NCBI GenBank assembly: GCA_905250115.1 | Contig: CAJNOI010000024.1 | Coordinates: forward strand, 25,256-34,010 | DNA from: Adineta steineri | Taxonomy: Eukaryota | Reading direction: 5' to 3' | DNA: 8,755 bases | Part shown: positions 7,967-8,755 of the stretch, one piece after another | How positions within the stretch are numbered: the first letter of the stretch is position 1 | How the letters are laid out: each line of letters begins with the position of its first letter | Made by a program: the position numbers and the translations under genes | The notes under the pieces: model-generated | What the model was told of the DNA's origin: nothing | The model's input: the letters and a program-made list of their open reading frames with translations, nothing else | Database searches by the model: none

Positions 7967-8755
7967 ATGGAAAGAAAATACCCTGTGGAGATGACTATCT
8001 GTTTGTTTAGATTAATTTTAACTTCGTTTGTTTTTGTCTCATGTCAATATGACGATGAATTCTCATTCGAATCACATAGTGCGCTCAATCAGGTAAGTAG
8101 CTTTCGTAAAATTGATGCTGGGAAGAGGTTCAGCATTTCTAACAAACATGTGTTATTCTTCTTGAGGATGTGAGTGTGGTAATCGCCAAACACAGCCAGA
8201 CTTACATCCACACCCATCGATGGGTTATTGAACACCATATACGTGCTAAACATTCATCTGATTCAGATAATATATCAAATATTATACTTGAAATTGATAA
8301 ACTATTAACATCATCAACAAATGGCGAACCAATGACAGCAACAAAATCTTCATCAACATCTGATCAAGATACTTCAACTTCGGCAATACCAAAAGCATTT
8401 TCATGTTCAGCATGTTTACTACAATCATACCGTTTATGAGTTATTTTACGACGTATTCGTAATGTTCATGAAAATGATAGATCAGATGCAAAAATTATTG
8501 ATAATATTAATAATCAAGTAAATGAATTTCTTTCTTTTTTTTATATTTTTATTTCATTCTTTTTTTAGATAGATAATTGAAGATAATGATGATATCGAAA
8601 CAGATAAACCTGTTAATAGTGTATCGTTGAATACTACAACAATAAATACCAATGATAATGATGATGAAATTCAAAGTAAACAACATGATGTAAATAATGA
8701 AGAAATACTTAAGAGTACGTCTCTGAGAAATCCAGATGATCGTGAAAGTTCTACC
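7967..8755 (+). CDS. Secreted protein of unknown family, incomplete at right edge; proposed exons 7967-8092, 8167-8517 and 8573-8755, with in-frame TGA at 8437-8439
   Basis: MERKYPVEMTICLFRLILTSFVFVSCQYDDEFSFESHSALNQ|GTAAGT. Acceptor TTATTCTTCTTGAG|GAT at 8166/8167 keeps phase 0 (DVSVVIAKHSQTYIHTHRWVIEHHIRAKHSSDSDNISNIILEIDKLLTSS...AFSCSACLLQSYRL*VILRRIRNVHENDRSDAKIIDNINNQ). Donor CAA|GTAAAT at 8518 is followed by a poly-T tract and AG at 8572. The next exon IIEDNDDIETDKPVNSVSLNTTTINTNDNDDEIQSKQ...DDRESST stays open for 61 codons to the window end. Confidence 0.5.

Noticed and set aside
8093-8166. Possible neuropeptide precursor reading (SSFRKIDAGKRFSISNKHVLFFLRM) with a GKR amidation-like site
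   Set aside because: The segment begins with a strong GTAAGT donor and ends with a pyrimidine-rich acceptor, so it is more likely intronic. A single GKR is weak evidence.
1-8755. CRISPR array, tRNA/rRNA or prokaryotic defence operon
   Set aside because: No regularly spaced direct repeats outside coding repeats and no recognised RNA gene. The intron-bearing gene structure indicates eukaryotic DNA.

Overview
The window looks like AT-rich, intron-bearing eukaryotic DNA. The gene families point to a bdelloid-rotifer-like genome; that assignment is inference. I can support four protein-coding loci. (1) A minus-strand secreted Apple/PAN-like protein. Its ORF-track call (888..1226) appears to be only the first exon: a phase-matched splice (intron 321-892) joins it to a Ser/Thr-rich, mucin-like exon that runs off the left edge (1-320). 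(2) A minus-strand single-exon ADP-ribosyltransferase-TPR protein (2013..4577, 854 aa from the first ATG). It has an N-terminal domain I cannot assign, an R-S-E type ART domain with an altered STS motif, and a kinesin-light-chain-like array containing 8 exact 42-aa units. (3) A plus-strand three-exon fragment of a GT1/UGT-like glycosyltransferase (5411..6120). It has a signal peptide and the N-terminal catalytic His motif but lacks the sugar-nucleotide-binding half, and it ends at an inverted pair of (TGTGGG)2-like repeats. (4) A plus-strand secreted protein of unknown family, open to the right edge (7967..8755), whose reconstructed reading frame contains one in-frame TGA. A 153-codon minus-strand open frame without an ATG start (6616..7077) is unassigned. 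The ORF track uses TTG/GTG starts and ignores introns, so several of its boundaries are probably wrong. No prokaryotic defence system, CRISPR array or RNA gene was seen.
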